From a virus (lineage: Duplodnaviria > Heunggongvirae > Uroviricota > Caudoviricetes): 37,823 nt of DNA. Position 1 is the first letter of the stretch. Each line of letters starts with the position of its first letter. Under the pieces are notes generated by a model, which did no database searches, was not told the DNA's origin, and saw nothing but the letters and a program-made list of their open reading frames with translations. Of this stretch, positions 1 to 11,345 are shown in pieces. Made by a program: the position numbers and the translations under genes. The DNA lies in IMG/VR virus record IMGVR_UViG_2917855067_000005. One strand, written 5' to 3'.

Positions 1-774
<774 letters not shown>

Positions 775-831
775 ATCTTCATGTGGTAAGCATAAACCGC
801 AGTACGATCTTGCATACGACGTGCTACGGTT

Positions 832-1387
832 TCATTTATCTCCGACCGGAAACTTCTTATACAGTGTCGATATACCAACATCATAGATGATCGCCACCTT
901 CTGGCGAGGAACGCCTGATGCAATTAATCGCCCGGCCTGAACCCATTGTTCTGGTGTAAGTTTGGGACGACGTCCACCAATTCGTCCCTGTGCGCGAGCA
1001 GCTTCCAGTCCAGCTTTTGTTCGTTCAACAATCAGTTCTCGTTCCATTTCAGCCAAGGCCCCCATCACATGAAAGAAAAAACGTCCCATCGGTGTGCTGG
1101 TATCAATAGCATCCGTCAGGCTGCGAAAATTAACGCCACGTTCGCGCAACTCCTCAACCAGAATGACCAGATGCCGCATACTACGCCCCAGCCGATCCAG
1201 CTTCCAGACAACCAGAGTGTCACCTTCCGATAATGTCCTGAGCAGTTTTTTTCAGTCCCGGCCTTTCGGACTTTGTACCGCTTATCTTGTCTTCAAAAAT
1301 CAGCTCGCATCCTGCACAGTTCAGCGCATTACGTTGTAGATCTGTGTTCTGGTCATTTGTTGACACACGTACATAGCCAATAAGCAT
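832..1387 (-). CDS. Serine DNA invertase (Gin/Pin/Hin/Cin family), interrupted by a 1-nt frameshift in a T7 run (plus 1246..1252)
   Basis: Track ORFs 1220..1423 and 832..1179 together read MLIGYVRVSTNDQNTDLQRNAL ... GDTLVVWKLDRLGRSMRHL ... FFFHVMGALAEMERELI; removing one A from the run restores one frame. Confidence 0.88.
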
Positions 1388-1441
1388 GGTAGATCTCCCT
1401 GACAAAAGCAGGAATGATGCCATTTGCTCGTTATTTCTGCA

Positions 1442-1467
1442 TTTTCATAAACGTTGGTTTGGGAGAA
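1442..1467. other. Invertase crossover site (gix/pix/hix-like), core TT
   Basis: TTTTCATAAACG-TT-GGTTTGGGAGAA: two 12-bp imperfect inverted half-sites around a 2-bp core; right half is the reverse complement of the left half of the site at 3288..3313. Confidence 0.7.
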
Positions 1468-1812
1468 GCGGCAAAAAGGAATGTGGGGACAGGAGAAAAT
1501 CAGGTACCGGATATGAAGAGCTTTGGTAATTCATTGACCGCCAATGGATACCAGAAATTACCTGGGGGGATGATTATTCAATGGGGGAGTTTTTCTGTCT
1601 CACCAACCGGAGGAAGTGTTGGAACAGTTGATATAACATTACCTGTAGCTTTCCCTGCTGCTTGTCGTTCGGTAAACGCTCTTATTTCAACTAATGATCC
1701 TTCTGCCCGTTCTGTGGGCTTTGATATTGGAAGTACCAACAGAACTAAAATCAGATTTACTTACACTTCTGCTACAACAAATTCAATTTACTGGATGGCT
1801 GTGGGGTATTAA
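1456..1812 (+). CDS. Alternative tail-fibre C-terminal cassette (Sv'-like), promoterless in this orientation
   Basis: Frame through the crossover site encodes NVGLGEAAKR...; shares GLGE with the fibre gene at the other site, so inversion would fuse it to the constant N-terminus. Confidence 0.6.
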   Translation, partial: GLGEAAKRNVGTGENQVPDMKSFGNSLTANGYQKLPGGMIIQWGSFSVSPTGGSVGTVDITLPVAFPAACRSVNALISTNDPSARSVGFDIGSTNRTKIRFTYTSATTNSIYWMAVGY

Positions 1813-1814
1813 CT

Positions 1815-2246
1815 ATGGAAAAGACATATTATTTTAATCCCTCTGATTCGGGATTTTATATTTCACCAGATAGTCAAACCATTCCTGAGAACGCTACGAA
1901 AATAAACTTTACTATTTATTCTGAGTTCGCAGGAGTTGCATGGCCTGATGGTAAAATACTTGGTTCAGATAAAAATGGTTTTCCAGCATGGCAGGATGCG
2001 CCACCACTTACCAGCGAAGAATTAATCACAATCGCTGAATCAAATAAACAGCGATTAGTTAATCAGGCCAACGAATACATGAACAGTAAGCAATGGCCCG
2101 GTAAAGCCGCTATTGGTCGTCTGAAAGGCGAGGAACTGGCGCAATATAATCTGTGGCTGGATTATCTGGACGCACTGGAACTGATTGATACCTCCAGTGC
2201 TCCAGATATTGAATGGCCTACGCCCCCGGCAATTCAGGCCAGATGA
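1815..2246 (+). CDS. Alternative tail fibre assembly protein (Tfa')
   Basis: 143-aa ORF directly after the alternative fibre cassette; C-terminus ...DIEWPTPPAIQAR resembles the other Tfa C-terminus (DVIWPELPGA). Confidence 0.7.
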   Translation: MEKTYYFNPSDSGFYISPDSQTIPENATKINFTIYSEFAGVAWPDGKILGSDKNGFPAWQDAPPLTSEELITIAESNKQRLVNQANEYMNSKQWPGKAAIGRLKGEELAQYNLWLDYLDALELIDTSSAPDIEWPTPPAIQAR

Positions 2247-2820
2247 CATCCGGCGCTGTGCTGGTATCTGTTGCCGTCACCGCGTCAATGTAATCCAGCA
2301 CAGCGTTAAGTCTGGTTGTTTCTGCCTGCGTCAGTTTACGTCCGGCCTGCAATTTCAGTTGAATCAGACTGATGGAAGCCATTGCTGCATCAATCAGTGA
2401 CTGGCGCTGTGCTTCTGCCGCTTCTACTGCGGCACCGTGTTGTGCCTCAGTATCTGTCACCCATTTATCACCATCCCATTTATCGTATGGCGTTGACGGG
2501 GCGAGAGTGGTTGTATTTTCAGGGTAATCACCCGGAGTTTTGATTTCTTTTGATTCCCCTGTTTCGGTGCTATAGACAATTTCACCACGATGGTCTGACA
2601 CATATTCCCATGATTTTAAATCCACAGAACGGCAAATTGTATAACCAGCCTTATGTGTACCAGGAGCGTCTAAACAGGAATATGCCGGAATACCGACGCC
2701 CACAGCAAGATATTCAGTTGATGCAGAAATATATTCCCGCGTCTCACTGTCATAGTTGTAAACGATAATGTTTCCTTCCTGCACGGCAATAAGTTCGTTA
2801 TTTAATACCGCGTGATTCAT
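2218..2820 (-). CDS. Tail fibre assembly protein (Tfa/Mu U-like)
   Basis: 200-aa ORF immediately downstream of the fibre gene; conserved C-terminal ...TSTAPDVIWPELPGA. Confidence 0.82.
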   Translation of the reverse strand: MNHAVLNNELIAVQEGNIIVYNYDSETREYISASTEYLAVGVGIPAYSCLDAPGTHKAGYTICRSVDLKSWEYVSDHRGEIVYSTETGESKEIKTPGDYPENTTTLAPSTPYDKWDGDKWVTDTEAQHGAAVEAAEAQRQSLIDAAMASISLIQLKLQAGRKLTQAETTRLNAVLDYIDAVTATDTSTAPDVIWPELPGA

Positions 2821-3590
2821 TATGCTGCCCTCACAATAAAGTTAAATGCAATATTGCGCGGTCGTGTTTCGCTCCCGCCCGTGTTACCAATACTTCCTCG
2901 TGAATGCAACCTCGGAGCCGGAATAAGGGTTCCCCCTGTATAAACGGCGTCAAGCCCCCGACCTTGTGTGTATGTATTCTGAAAAATTGTAGCCAGCTCC
3001 CATTCTTCACCTGAATCATAACCATCGTTGGCAACAACAATATGGCGGTGCTTCTCCAGCATCCCAGCCTGAATGCTCAATAAAGCACGCCCTGCATCAA
3101 TACCACGTCCGTCATCCCATCCTCGAATAAACTCACCGCGTAAATCCAGCAGTTTCCCTGACGGGTATGCTTTGGCAAGGTTAGGATATTTCACCTTATC
3201 AAAGGCAGCACCATTGCATTTCAGCCAGCCTGTTGGCGGAGTGGCTGAAGGCCACGGAATCGGTACACCAACAGGCAATGCAGAGCCTTCTCCCAAACCA
3301 AGGTTTTCGAGAGCCGTTTTCACCGTGCCATCCGATTTGATATCACCAAACGGATTCTTGCGGCTTAACAGCAGCGCACGAAGCGCGGTAAGCAACTGGT
3401 CGTTTCGCCCCTTCTCCAGGCTGGCACCGGATGCCTCCACCACGCCACAAAGCTCTTCCTGCAACATGTCAAAGTAGTCATCATCCAGATCGGTAGCAGG
3501 CGTGCCGGTCTGGGGGTTACCACGGGTAAAACCGTTCTTACCCGCGCCGAACTTATCCTTCTGCGCGGTTTTCGTGTCTATACGATGCAT
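2820..3590 (-). CDS. Tail fibre protein (constant N-terminus plus currently expressed variable C-terminus)
   Basis: 256-aa [24 protein letters not shown]...; crossover site lies inside it at the GLGEG codons (3288..3313). Confidence 0.82.
   Translation of the reverse strand: MHRIDTKTAQKDKFGAGKNGFTRGNPQTGTPATDLDDDYFDMLQEELCGVVEASGASLEKGRNDQLLTALRALLLSRKNPFGDIKSDGTVKTALENLGLGEGSALPVGVPIPWPSATPPTGWLKCNGAAFDKVKYPNLAKAYPSGKLLDLRGEFIRGWDDGRGIDAGRALLSIQAGMLEKHRHIVVANDGYDSGEEWELATIFQNTYTQGRGLDAVYTGGTLIPAPRLHSRGSIGNTGGSETRPRNIAFNFIVRAA
3288..3313. other. Invertase crossover site, core AA (inverted relative to 1442..1467)
   Basis: TTCTCCCAAACC-AA-GGTTTTCGAGAG inside the tail-fibre gene. Confidence 0.7.
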
Positions 3591-3593
3591 GAA

Positions 3594-4179
3594 TTACTCC
3601 GGATATTTAAAAATTACGTAGGTATGCGACGGGCAGAGTTTGTTAAGCACACACTCGATAACGGTGTCGCCCCAGATACGCAGTGCGGAATCACAGGGAT
3701 CGCCACATGTCATCCAGGTGGTGTTGGTGGCGGCTGGCATGTTGACCTGCCAGTAATACCGCCATTCCGGGCGCATTCACCGCGTCAGTACAGGCAGATG
3801 AGCAGGTGAACGTGCTTTTGTCGTATCGCGTGATGGTGGCGTCTGGTCTGCCCAGGGCAGCAAGCTGTGCAAGGTAAAAATCCTCATTGATGCCGCCCGC
3901 CAGATTAACCTTCGCATCCAGCCGTTGCTGACGCTGGCGAAGGGTCTGCGTCCCTGCCGGAATACATTCATCCGGCAGGCCGCACAGACGCTCCCAGCGG
4001 TTTATCAGTTCGGTGGTTGTGCGCGGATCCAGCTCCCGCATCAGGGCATCCGCACGCTGATGAACGCGGGTTAATGACGGTGCCGCACCGGCAATCGCCG
4101 GATCGCTGGCTGACCACGCCGGACCGGGGGGCAACAGTGCCGACAACAGACGGATGTAATCATCGTTTGTCACGTCCAT
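3594..4179 (-). CDS. Mu gp48/YmfQ-like tail protein (DUF2313-like), interrupted by a 1-nt frameshift at GGG 3769..3771
   Basis: Track ORF 3691..4179 continues in another frame as ...[37 protein letters not shown] (3594..3776); dropping one C joins ...[13 protein letters not shown].... Confidence 0.72.
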
Positions 4180-5228
4180 GAAATCGTCCCCAGTACCGCC
4201 AGTTCATTTTTTGCAATGGAGATATTGTCCGCCGGTGCAAGCAACTGATGGCTGTATTCCCCGTTCGCACCGGAAATCGCTTCACTGATACGTGACACCT
4301 TCAGTTCTCCCTGCGGATAACCATCACGCAGCAGGAACGAACGCAACTCCGCGGTAATGGCAGCCCGTATTTCTGGTGTGTCCGGCGTCACGCGGATATG
4401 AAAATCCACCGTATGTGCCACCGGCCTGAATACATACAAATCAGAGCCTGCCACCGGGGCCAGTGGCCCGATATGTTGTCTTGCTGCCGTTTCCGTTGAT
4501 TCTTCCGGAATGGGATTAATCAGGTCACTGCTGGCAATCATCACACCGACAGTTCCCGTTCCCATCCAGTGACGGTATGTCCATGCGCGGGTAATGCCGG
4601 GCACTTCTTTAGCCCAGACGACATAGTCCCCGTCAGCCCCGCCCTGAGGCGTCCAGTAATACCGCTCAATGACGCGGGCGCGCCACGTGTCCAGCTCTTC
4701 AGTATCAAATCCACCTGTCAGGGTATCTGCCTCGCCAGAAGACGGCAGACCATTCACCGGCGTGACCAGGATTAATGACGTACCGTCGTCAGCATTACCG
4801 ACCGCGCCTGCACTTGAGCAGGCGATCGGCACGCGCAGGACACCACCTGTGCTGGTTGCATCGGCAGTTGCCGTGTACTGAACCAGGTCATCGCGCTGAA
4901 TAACACTTCCGGCGGTCACCTTCAGGCCATCGCTGACACCTTCCCAGCGCATATACCCGCTGGCAGCCGTGGCCCCCTTGCGCGGACACCGTTTCATCGC
5001 AGCATGTCGCGCCAGCCAGGACTCATCGCACAGGTCAGGCAGCATGTTCATTGCCAGATAATCGATGTACCCGTAAACCGTATGCAGCGCCGCCGCATAC
5101 ACCTTTGCCCGCACGTCTTCATCCATGCGCCGGAGCGTGTCGCTGACGTCCAGCCTGGCGAATAAATCGTTACGGAGCATACTGATATTTTCTGCCAGCG
5201 TCGGGCGCTGAAATTCACTGTCCGCCAT
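4170..5228 (-). CDS. Baseplate J-like protein (Mu gp47-like)
   Basis: 352-aa ORF in conserved position within the Mu-like baseplate gene order; family call from memory. Confidence 0.8.
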   Translation of the reverse strand: MADSEFQRPTLAENISMLRNDLFARLDVSDTLRRMDEDVRAKVYAAALHTVYGYIDYLAMNMLPDLCDESWLARHAAMKRCPRKGATAASGYMRWEGVSDGLKVTAGSVIQRDDLVQYTATADATSTGGVLRVPIACSSAGAVGNADDGTSLILVTPVNGLPSSGEADTLTGGFDTEELDTWRARVIERYYWTPQGGADGDYVVWAKEVPGITRAWTYRHWMGTGTVGVMIASSDLINPIPEESTETAARQHIGPLAPVAGSDLYVFRPVAHTVDFHIRVTPDTPEIRAAITAELRSFLLRDGYPQGELKVSRISEAISGANGEYSHQLLAPADNISIAKNELAVLGTISWT

Positions 5229-5643
5229 GCGTTATCGCACTCCACAGATCATCAAAAGAAATCATTACCGGTCCGTCACGACGCCAGAGAGTGATACTGT
5301 TACCCAGTTCATTAATTCCGGTGCGGCGGATATCCAGATCAATACGGGACACCACGCCGTCATCAATCATCCATTGCAGGCATTCGCGGATATACCCCCT
5401 TACCGTCTGCACCAGCTGATTGGTCAGTTTGCTGCGCTGAAGCAGCCACAGTCGGGAGCCGTAACGGTCATTCTGTACCGCAGGCCAGGTATCCCCCCAC
5501 CATCCCATCGGGACGTCGGCGTTGTCATCAGGCTCCGCCCGCCGCCAGGTAAACAGGGAAATCACCACGGCGCGGGTCAGCGGATCCAGCGGTGCGCTGG
5601 CGCAGGTGCGTTTACCGTTCACCGTCAGCCACAGTTCCATCAT
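5215..5643 (-). CDS. Phage GP46-family baseplate protein
   Basis: 142-aa ORF between baseplate V-like and J-like genes; overlapping starts and stops typical of the module. Confidence 0.65.
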   Translation of the reverse strand: MMELWLTVNGKRTCASAPLDPLTRAVVISLFTWRRAEPDDNADVPMGWWGDTWPAVQNDRYGSRLWLLQRSKLTNQLVQTVRGYIRECLQWMIDDGVVSRIDLDIRRTGINELGNSITLWRRDGPVMISFDDLWSAITHGGQ

Positions 5644-6188
5644 GCCTCCATCGCTTTATCAGGTTTGTCGGTGTTACTGCCCTGACCGTTCTCTCTGTGA
5701 CGATGCCCGTTATAGGCAAGCCGCATCGCTGACATGGTGGTGCCGGTAGAGTCGCACATGTCTTTCACCTGCCCCGTCACTTCCAGATCCATTTCAAAAC
5801 GTGCTTTAGGTGAATTGCGAAACGTGATCGTTTTACCTGCACCGTCCACCACGATCCCCTCCCGGGTCAGCGTCACGGACTGCCCCTGATCGTCATAGAC
5901 AGCCACCTCACCCGTATGCAGCCCTTTCAGGCGGTAGCGCCGGTCCGACACCGTAACAACCACCGCATGAGAACGGTCGCCATCCGGAAACAACACCACC
6001 GCTTCCGCACCGCTGTTTGCCCTTGCGGTAAAACCGTAGGGTTCAAGATGTTCAACCCCGGCTTTGGGTTCACCGGCAATCAGGGACACATCCACGGTCT
6101 GACATTTCGTGGCGGCACTGATGCTTTTCACCACTGCCCGCCCAATCAGGCCGAGGAGTTGTCGCTGCATGGCTTCAATCGTCCTCAT
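5640..6188 (-). CDS. Baseplate assembly protein V / spike (Mu gp45-like)
   Basis: Track ORF 5640..6278; likely start at MRTIEAMQRQLLG (6188) just after the upstream stop; position in module. Confidence 0.65.
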   Translation of the reverse strand: MRTIEAMQRQLLGLIGRAVVKSISAATKCQTVDVSLIAGEPKAGVEHLEPYGFTARANSGAEAVVLFPDGDRSHAVVVTVSDRRYRLKGLHTGEVAVYDDQGQSVTLTREGIVVDGAGKTITFRNSPKARFEMDLEVTGQVKDMCDSTGTTMSAMRLAYNGHRHRENGQGSNTDKPDKAMEA

Positions 6189-7266
6189 CAGAACGGGTCC
6201 TCCTGTACTCTGGCTTTTTTCTTTTTCCGCGCGCGGGGGCTTCGGGTTCAGGCAGATAAGCATCAGGCGGGCCGACACGGATTTCCGTCAGTGTGCCATT
6301 CTGGTCCTGAGTAAACGTGACTTCCGAGACAAGCAGTTCGGTATTGTCGAAACCACAGACCGGATCGAAGACAATCACCCGCTGGTTGGGCTGCCACAGC
6401 GTACCGTTACCCTGTCGCCAGCCCTGCACCACATAGGTGGTTTCATCCGTCCGCGCCGCCCGTTGCCGGGCTTCAAAGTCAGCACGCGCAATACAGCCTG
6501 CCCCCGTAGCCTGCCCTGTCTGCCTGATATACATCGGACGGTAACGGGCAATAAATGCGTCCTCTGTGCGGGCCCGCAGCGCGGTGGTGGTGGCCTCACC
6601 GAAATCATCGTCGTTTCCGGCACGCTGCCCCGCCACCTGGTAAACTGAAAACCGCTCCCGGATACTCTTCTCCGTATCACAGGAAAGGATGTTTTCCCCG
6701 AGTACCAGCGCGGTATGTGCCCGCGTTGAGCCAATACCGCCAATCACCAGCCTGCCGTGCGGGTCGTCATAAGCCAGCGCCTGCTGCTGACCGAGTATTT
6801 TGTTGATCACCTCGATCACCGTTTCACCGTGATCAGGCTGGACATCAGGAATAACACCCGACGGCGCACCGCTGTTCACCACCTCAATGCCGAAAGGCGC
6901 AGCAAGCGCCTGCGCAATCTGTACCAGCGATCGTCCGTTAAACTGTGTCGGTTCGGCTGCACAGTCAATCAGGTCAGCAGTCAGACTGCGCCCGGCAATA
7001 CCAGTGCTGACCGAACGGGCATCGTAACGGACGGGCGTCGCCTCCACCCAGCCGGTGATCACCAGCTCATCACCAATCAGCACTTCCACTTTTGAACCGT
7101 TTTTAATGCGCGGCTGAAGCGTGGTGATACCCTCATCTCCCGGCCACTGTCGGGTGATCTCCACACTGAAATCCCGCGCCAGCCGTTCAATACCGGCACC
7201 GATGCGCACCGATGTCCAGCCATTCCACTCCCGGCCATTTACCCGTAGCGTGACATTGTCGTTCAT
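6175..7266 (-). CDS. Mu gpP-like tail/baseplate protein
   Basis: 363-aa ORF between DNA-circulation-like and V-like genes. Confidence 0.65.
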   Translation of the reverse strand: MNDNVTLRVNGREWNGWTSVRIGAGIERLARDFSVEITRQWPGDEGITTLQPRIKNGSKVEVLIGDELVITGWVEATPVRYDARSVSTGIAGRSLTADLIDCAAEPTQFNGRSLVQIAQALAAPFGIEVVNSGAPSGVIPDVQPDHGETVIEVINKILGQQQALAYDDPHGRLVIGGIGSTRAHTALVLGENILSCDTEKSIRERFSVYQVAGQRAGNDDDFGEATTTALRARTEDAFIARYRPMYIRQTGQATGAGCIARADFEARQRAARTDETTYVVQGWRQGNGTLWQPNQRVIVFDPVCGFDNTELLVSEVTFTQDQNGTLTEIRVGPPDAYLPEPEAPARGKRKKPEYRRTRSDEDD

Positions 7267-8591
7267 TGCACTGGCACCTTCAGAGGGATCGCCGGCACAA
7301 AGCCGGGATGCATAATGGCATTACGCCGGATAATGTCCGCGTCACGCGCCGCGTTATCAAACCAGGTCGCCGCCAGCACCAGCGCGGGTAAAACCTCATC
7401 CGGCGTACGCTGAATGATCCGTGCAGACTGTTCAAGGCGCGTGTTGATATCCGCATTCAGATCTGCTTTCACCCGGCGCAGCGCCAGAAACAGCGCATCA
7501 CTGGTTGTACGGGACAACTCCTTATCAATTGCCGTATTCAGTGTGTTGCGAATATCAGTCAGTTCTTCCCACGTTGGCAGGTCAACCGTGTTTTTCACCG
7601 CCGGTGCATTGTTCAGTGCCGGATGCGTGACGGAAGGCCAGCCGGTGCTCTGCGCGGGTGTTGTTGACTGCCCCACTGCGGCATTCTGCATCACTGCAGA
7701 AGTTGTTGGCGCAGGCAATCGGGTGACGGCATACGCCGCTTCGCTGATTGCGGTCGTACGAAGGGTGCTGGCAACCACGTTACGCTGCTGCGTCGCCGTG
7801 GCGGTGGTTTTACTGTCCGTTTTCCAGACGCCGCGCGGTTGCAGATCGCTGCCGAGGCTGACACCGGAAAGCGTTTTGATCATGGTGACTAGGTCGCTGG
7901 CGTTACCATAAAGGCGTTTCCCGGTACGCCACATTTTCTGCACCTGCTCAACGAAATTTTTGCCTGACGATGGCGGCGGCAGAAGTACCGAGATATCCCC
8001 CTGCAACAGCCTGGCGGCATCCGATACGGCAGAATCCACCACGTTCATCGCATCAGAAACATACCCAAGCATTGTGCTGGCATTACCGACGACGTCGTTC
8101 TGCACAAAATCTGCCACGCCATCGATACTGAAACCACTGAAACTGTCACTGATGCAGTCATCCAGTGCAGAACAGGATGACATCAGCGTCTGCGCCGTCG
8201 CCGCGCCTGATGTGGGGTAAGAGAGTTCTCCCGCTTCGACAAACTTCAGGTCAAAGCGGACAATACGCCCTTCACTCTTCGATGTGCTGACCCGAACTTC
8301 CCCGTCAACACAGACTTTCAGCTCACCGTATGTCGGATGGACAAGCGTGCCGGGACCGGGTTTATTCAGCGCTTCAATCAGGCGATCGCGCTGGTTAAAG
8401 CAGTCATCCCCCACCACATAAGCCGTAATGGACGGTCGGAAAGTGACTTTTCCCAGATCTTCGGTATAGGGCTTGTCGCGGTTCGGGTATTCGTGTGTTT
8501 CCACACGGCGACCTGTTCCCGCACTTTCTTCTTCAACTTTAAACGGTACGCCGCGAAATGACGCGTCCTGAAGCCTGTCTTTCCACGTCAT
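7263..8591 (-). CDS. DNA circulation protein (Mu gpN-like)
   Basis: 442-aa ORF; N-terminus MTWKDRLQDASFRGVPFKVEEESAGTGRRVETHEYPNRDKPYTEDLG resembles the DNA-circulation N-terminal domain. Confidence 0.72.
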   Translation of the reverse strand: MTWKDRLQDASFRGVPFKVEEESAGTGRRVETHEYPNRDKPYTEDLGKVTFRPSITAYVVGDDCFNQRDRLIEALNKPGPGTLVHPTYGELKVCVDGEVRVSTSKSEGRIVRFDLKFVEAGELSYPTSGAATAQTLMSSCSALDDCISDSFSGFSIDGVADFVQNDVVGNASTMLGYVSDAMNVVDSAVSDAARLLQGDISVLLPPPSSGKNFVEQVQKMWRTGKRLYGNASDLVTMIKTLSGVSLGSDLQPRGVWKTDSKTTATATQQRNVVASTLRTTAISEAAYAVTRLPAPTTSAVMQNAAVGQSTTPAQSTGWPSVTHPALNNAPAVKNTVDLPTWEELTDIRNTLNTAIDKELSRTTSDALFLALRRVKADLNADINTRLEQSARIIQRTPDEVLPALVLAATWFDNAARDADIIRRNAIMHPGFVPAIPLKVPVQ

Positions 8592-8606
8592 ATAAACTCC
8601 GGATAT

Positions 8607-8632
8607 AAAAAAAACCCGCCGAAGCAGGTTTT
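8607..8632 (-). terminator. Intrinsic terminator downstream of the lipoprotein moron
   Basis: Minus-strand RNA AAAACCUGC-UUCG-GCGGGUUUU followed by more U: 9-bp stem with one G.U pair, UUCG tetraloop, U-tract. Confidence 0.7.
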
Positions 8633-8645
8633 AATAAATTATCTA

Positions 8646-9323
8646 TTATCTAAAGTTACTTATTACGCGATACCTTATGCTTTGGTTACTCGCATCAAGT
8701 ACTTCGAATTTAGCGCCTTTATAGCCAATTGTTTTAGACTCCGCGAGATCATACTCAACATCGTTGTTGAAGGCCGGGCGCGCTGTATTCGCTGAAAATT
8801 CACGATATCCAATGTTGATTTTGTTTCCGACCCTTCCGTTGTAAAGCAGAGCTTGCTGGAAAGATGAGTCACCACTGATGTTCAGATTAACCTTTTCGAT
8901 CGGCATGTTGGTTTCACAGGTGGTAGCGCCAAAAACTGTTATTACACATAAGGCATTATTTTTCTTTTCTACCATGATGCCCTGCCACATATCGGCAAGA
9001 GCTGCCTTTTCCACATTGGCTGAATCAGCACCGTTTGTGAGAAAGTAATAATCTGCCTTGTTATCCTCACCAACCTTTTTCAGCATCCCCGGAGTAATCG
9101 TATAAGCCCAGGAAACTCTCGCGGGAGCATTAACCTTCAAACCTTCGAACTTCTGTGACTCACCCTGCTTAATCATCGAATCACCGACATAAGCTGTATT
9201 AATGCTTCCTACAGGAGGCTCACTATAACTTTCTGTTTTTGGTAAATAATTATACTTCGGAGATGTACATCCCCCGAGTAAAAGAGCCATGCCGACAACT
9301 GAATAAATTGTTAGAATTTTCAT
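8646..9323 (-). CDS. Lipoprotein of unknown function (moron; candidate superinfection-exclusion or surface protein)
   Basis: Signal peptide MKILTIYSVVGMALLLGGC with lipobox-like LGGC (start chosen at this Met inside track ORF 8646..9365); visibly AT-rich; own terminator. Confidence 0.68.
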   Translation of the reverse strand: MKILTIYSVVGMALLLGGCTSPKYNYLPKTESYSEPPVGSINTAYVGDSMIKQGESQKFEGLKVNAPARVSWAYTITPGMLKKVGEDNKADYYFLTNGADSANVEKAALADMWQGIMVEKKNNALCVITVFGATTCETNMPIEKVNLNISGDSSFQQALLYNGRVGNKINIGYREFSANTARPAFNNDVEYDLAESKTIGYKGAKFEVLDASNQSIRYRVISNFR

Positions 9324-9404
9324 ATCCCTATTCCCATCATTAAATAATCGGACTAATCCTACCAAGAATCAGCAAAACGACAAAACCCGTACTTAAGCTG
9401 GCTA

Positions 9405-11185
9405 TTAGCCCCCCATACCAAACCGGGTGTAACCAACGTCGTGATTCACGTCGATACCACTGGAGCGGGTATCGGTCACCCGCATCCCGGGAGGCGCATC
9501 CTTAAACGAGACCGTAATCTCGCCTTCAGCCTTCTTCGGCGCAGCCTGAACTATCTGATACGGATTGTATCCCTGAGCAGAAACGCCTGTACCGTACGCC
9601 CCATAGCCACCGGTACCCCACTGAGTCGCATTGGCTGAAACCACCGTGTCGCTGGCACCATCAGTAAACCACTCAATAATTGGCTTCAGCTTGTCCCACA
9701 TATCCTGAAACCACTTAACAACCGGCCCCCAGTTATTGATCACCATCCCCAGCGGCGACCAGGCAAAAACTTTCTTAAGGAGTTCCCAGCCAGCCTCAAA
9801 ATAAGGACCAATGGTTTCCCAGAGTTTCTTAAAATAAGGCCCGACAACATCCCAGTTAGTGATAATTAATCCCGCAGCCAGGCTATCGCCGTCGCAATCA
9901 TGCCAATCGGCGTCATCGACATGCTCCTGCTGACAATACTGATGGCACCGCCAACGCCCATCAATCCCAGTTTCAGAATCGCAAGACCGGCAGCAAGCCC
10001 GACGACACCGCGAATAACCCGGGGATTTTCATCCGCAAACTTCGTGAATTTCTCCCCCAACTCCCCCAGCCATTGCGTGATATTTTTAGCGTCACCAGAA
10101 AATGCGCCGCCAATAGCCGCAAGGCCGTTAGTTGCGGTCCCCGTCATTGCCTCCCACAGGTTGGACAGCGTACCAAGCTGGGCCTGAACACGTTTATTCA
10201 GGCTGGCCTGTTTATTCATCTTCTGCTGGATCTGATCGTAGCCATCCTTTCCTTTATCGATTAGTGCATTGACCACCTGAAGGGTTTCGGCATCATCACC
10301 AAATATTGCCTTAAGTACACCTGTTCGCTTAACGTCGGTCAGTTTTCGCAGCTTTGCCAGTTGCCTGAACATGTTATCAAGACCGCCAAAACTTCCTTTG
10401 CCGTCAGTAAAATCGAGCTGTACCCCGAGTTTCTGGCGGGCCATGACTTTATTGACGTCCCTGATTTTCTTAACGCTTAATCCGGACTGGATAACTTTTC
10501 GCAGGGCGTTACCTGCCGACTCCCCGTTCATCCCCATCTGATCCATCATGACGCTGATGGGGGCAAGGCTCTGTGCAGCCTGAAGACCGTCCTTGTTCAC
10601 CATCTTCAGAACAGAGCTGGTTTTAGTGAAGAAGGACAACATGTTGGTATCGTCAACGCCCAGATAAAACGCCTTCTGGATAGTGTCGAACAGCCCCATC
10701 ATGTCTTCTGACGCCGTTCCGGTAGCATCCTGCATCTTTGCGGCAAACTCGGCAGCCGCTTCCGGTGTTTTTTTCAGTTGTACCGCAAGATAAGCTGTCG
10801 CTTTACCCACACCGCCAAGAATGTTTTCTGCCGGGATCCCCTGACGCACCAGCATCTGCATCATGTTCTGGAAATCAGCCGTTGTACCGGGTAGCTGGTT
10901 ACCCAGGCCAATAGCCAGTTTATTGATGTCCTGAAAGCTCTTTCCAACCTCGCCGTTCGCATCCATCATGGCGACTTTCAGCCCGGTGGCGGCGTTTTCC
11001 TGATCGGCATAAGATTTCAGGGAAAGCGTCAGACCCGCTGCCAGTCCGCCCCCAAGCGCCAGCCCACCCTGTGACGCTTCTTCCGCCTGGCGTTTAAATC
11101 CCCGGATTTTCTTTTGCATTTTCGACAGCGCGGGAGAAAGCCTGTCGACACCGGTGATCAACGCCTTAAGCTCAAATTCAGCCAT
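9405..11185 (-). CDS. Tail tape measure protein, interrupted by a 1-nt frameshift near 9881..9882
   Basis: Track ORFs 9866..11185 and 9405..9746; downstream frame stays open across the junction (...LAAGLIITNWDVVGPYFKKLW...) with repeated W-rich motifs; one extra C restores ...AIALAAGLIITNW.... Confidence 0.78.
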
Positions 11186-11345
11186 GTGTGCGTTTCTCCT
11201 GCTCTATCCTGTTTGCCTGACTGACCAGCAAGGGAATTTCACTGATCGGCATATTCAGCAATTCGAAGGGATTAATGCGCCAGTAGCTGGCGCAGTCAAA
11301 GAAGCGATCAGTGAGGTATTCAGCCGTCAGGCCTGGAGGAAAAAA
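11178..11345 (-). CDS. Frameshift extension of tail assembly chaperone (GT / E+E'-like product)
   Basis: 60-aa ORF in the -1 frame overlapping the chaperone 3' end; slippery heptamer T_TTT_TTC at plus 11339..11346. Confidence 0.55.
   Translation of the reverse strand, partial: FFPPGLTAEYLTDRFFDCASYWRINPFELLNMPISEIPLLVSQANRIEQEKRTHG

Larger units (their letters stand above)
1442..3313. other. Invertible tail-fibre host-range segment (Mu G-segment-like)
   Basis: Bounded by two inverted 26-bp crossover sites; contains variable fibre C-terminus plus tfa on minus strand and alternative fibre C-terminus plus tfa on plus strand, converging in the middle. Confidence 0.7.

Noticed and set aside
9405-9746. 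113-aa ORF as an independent gene downstream of the tape measure
   Set aside because: Its frame stays open back across the junction with tape-measure-like repeat motifs; it is the frameshifted C-terminus of the tape measure.
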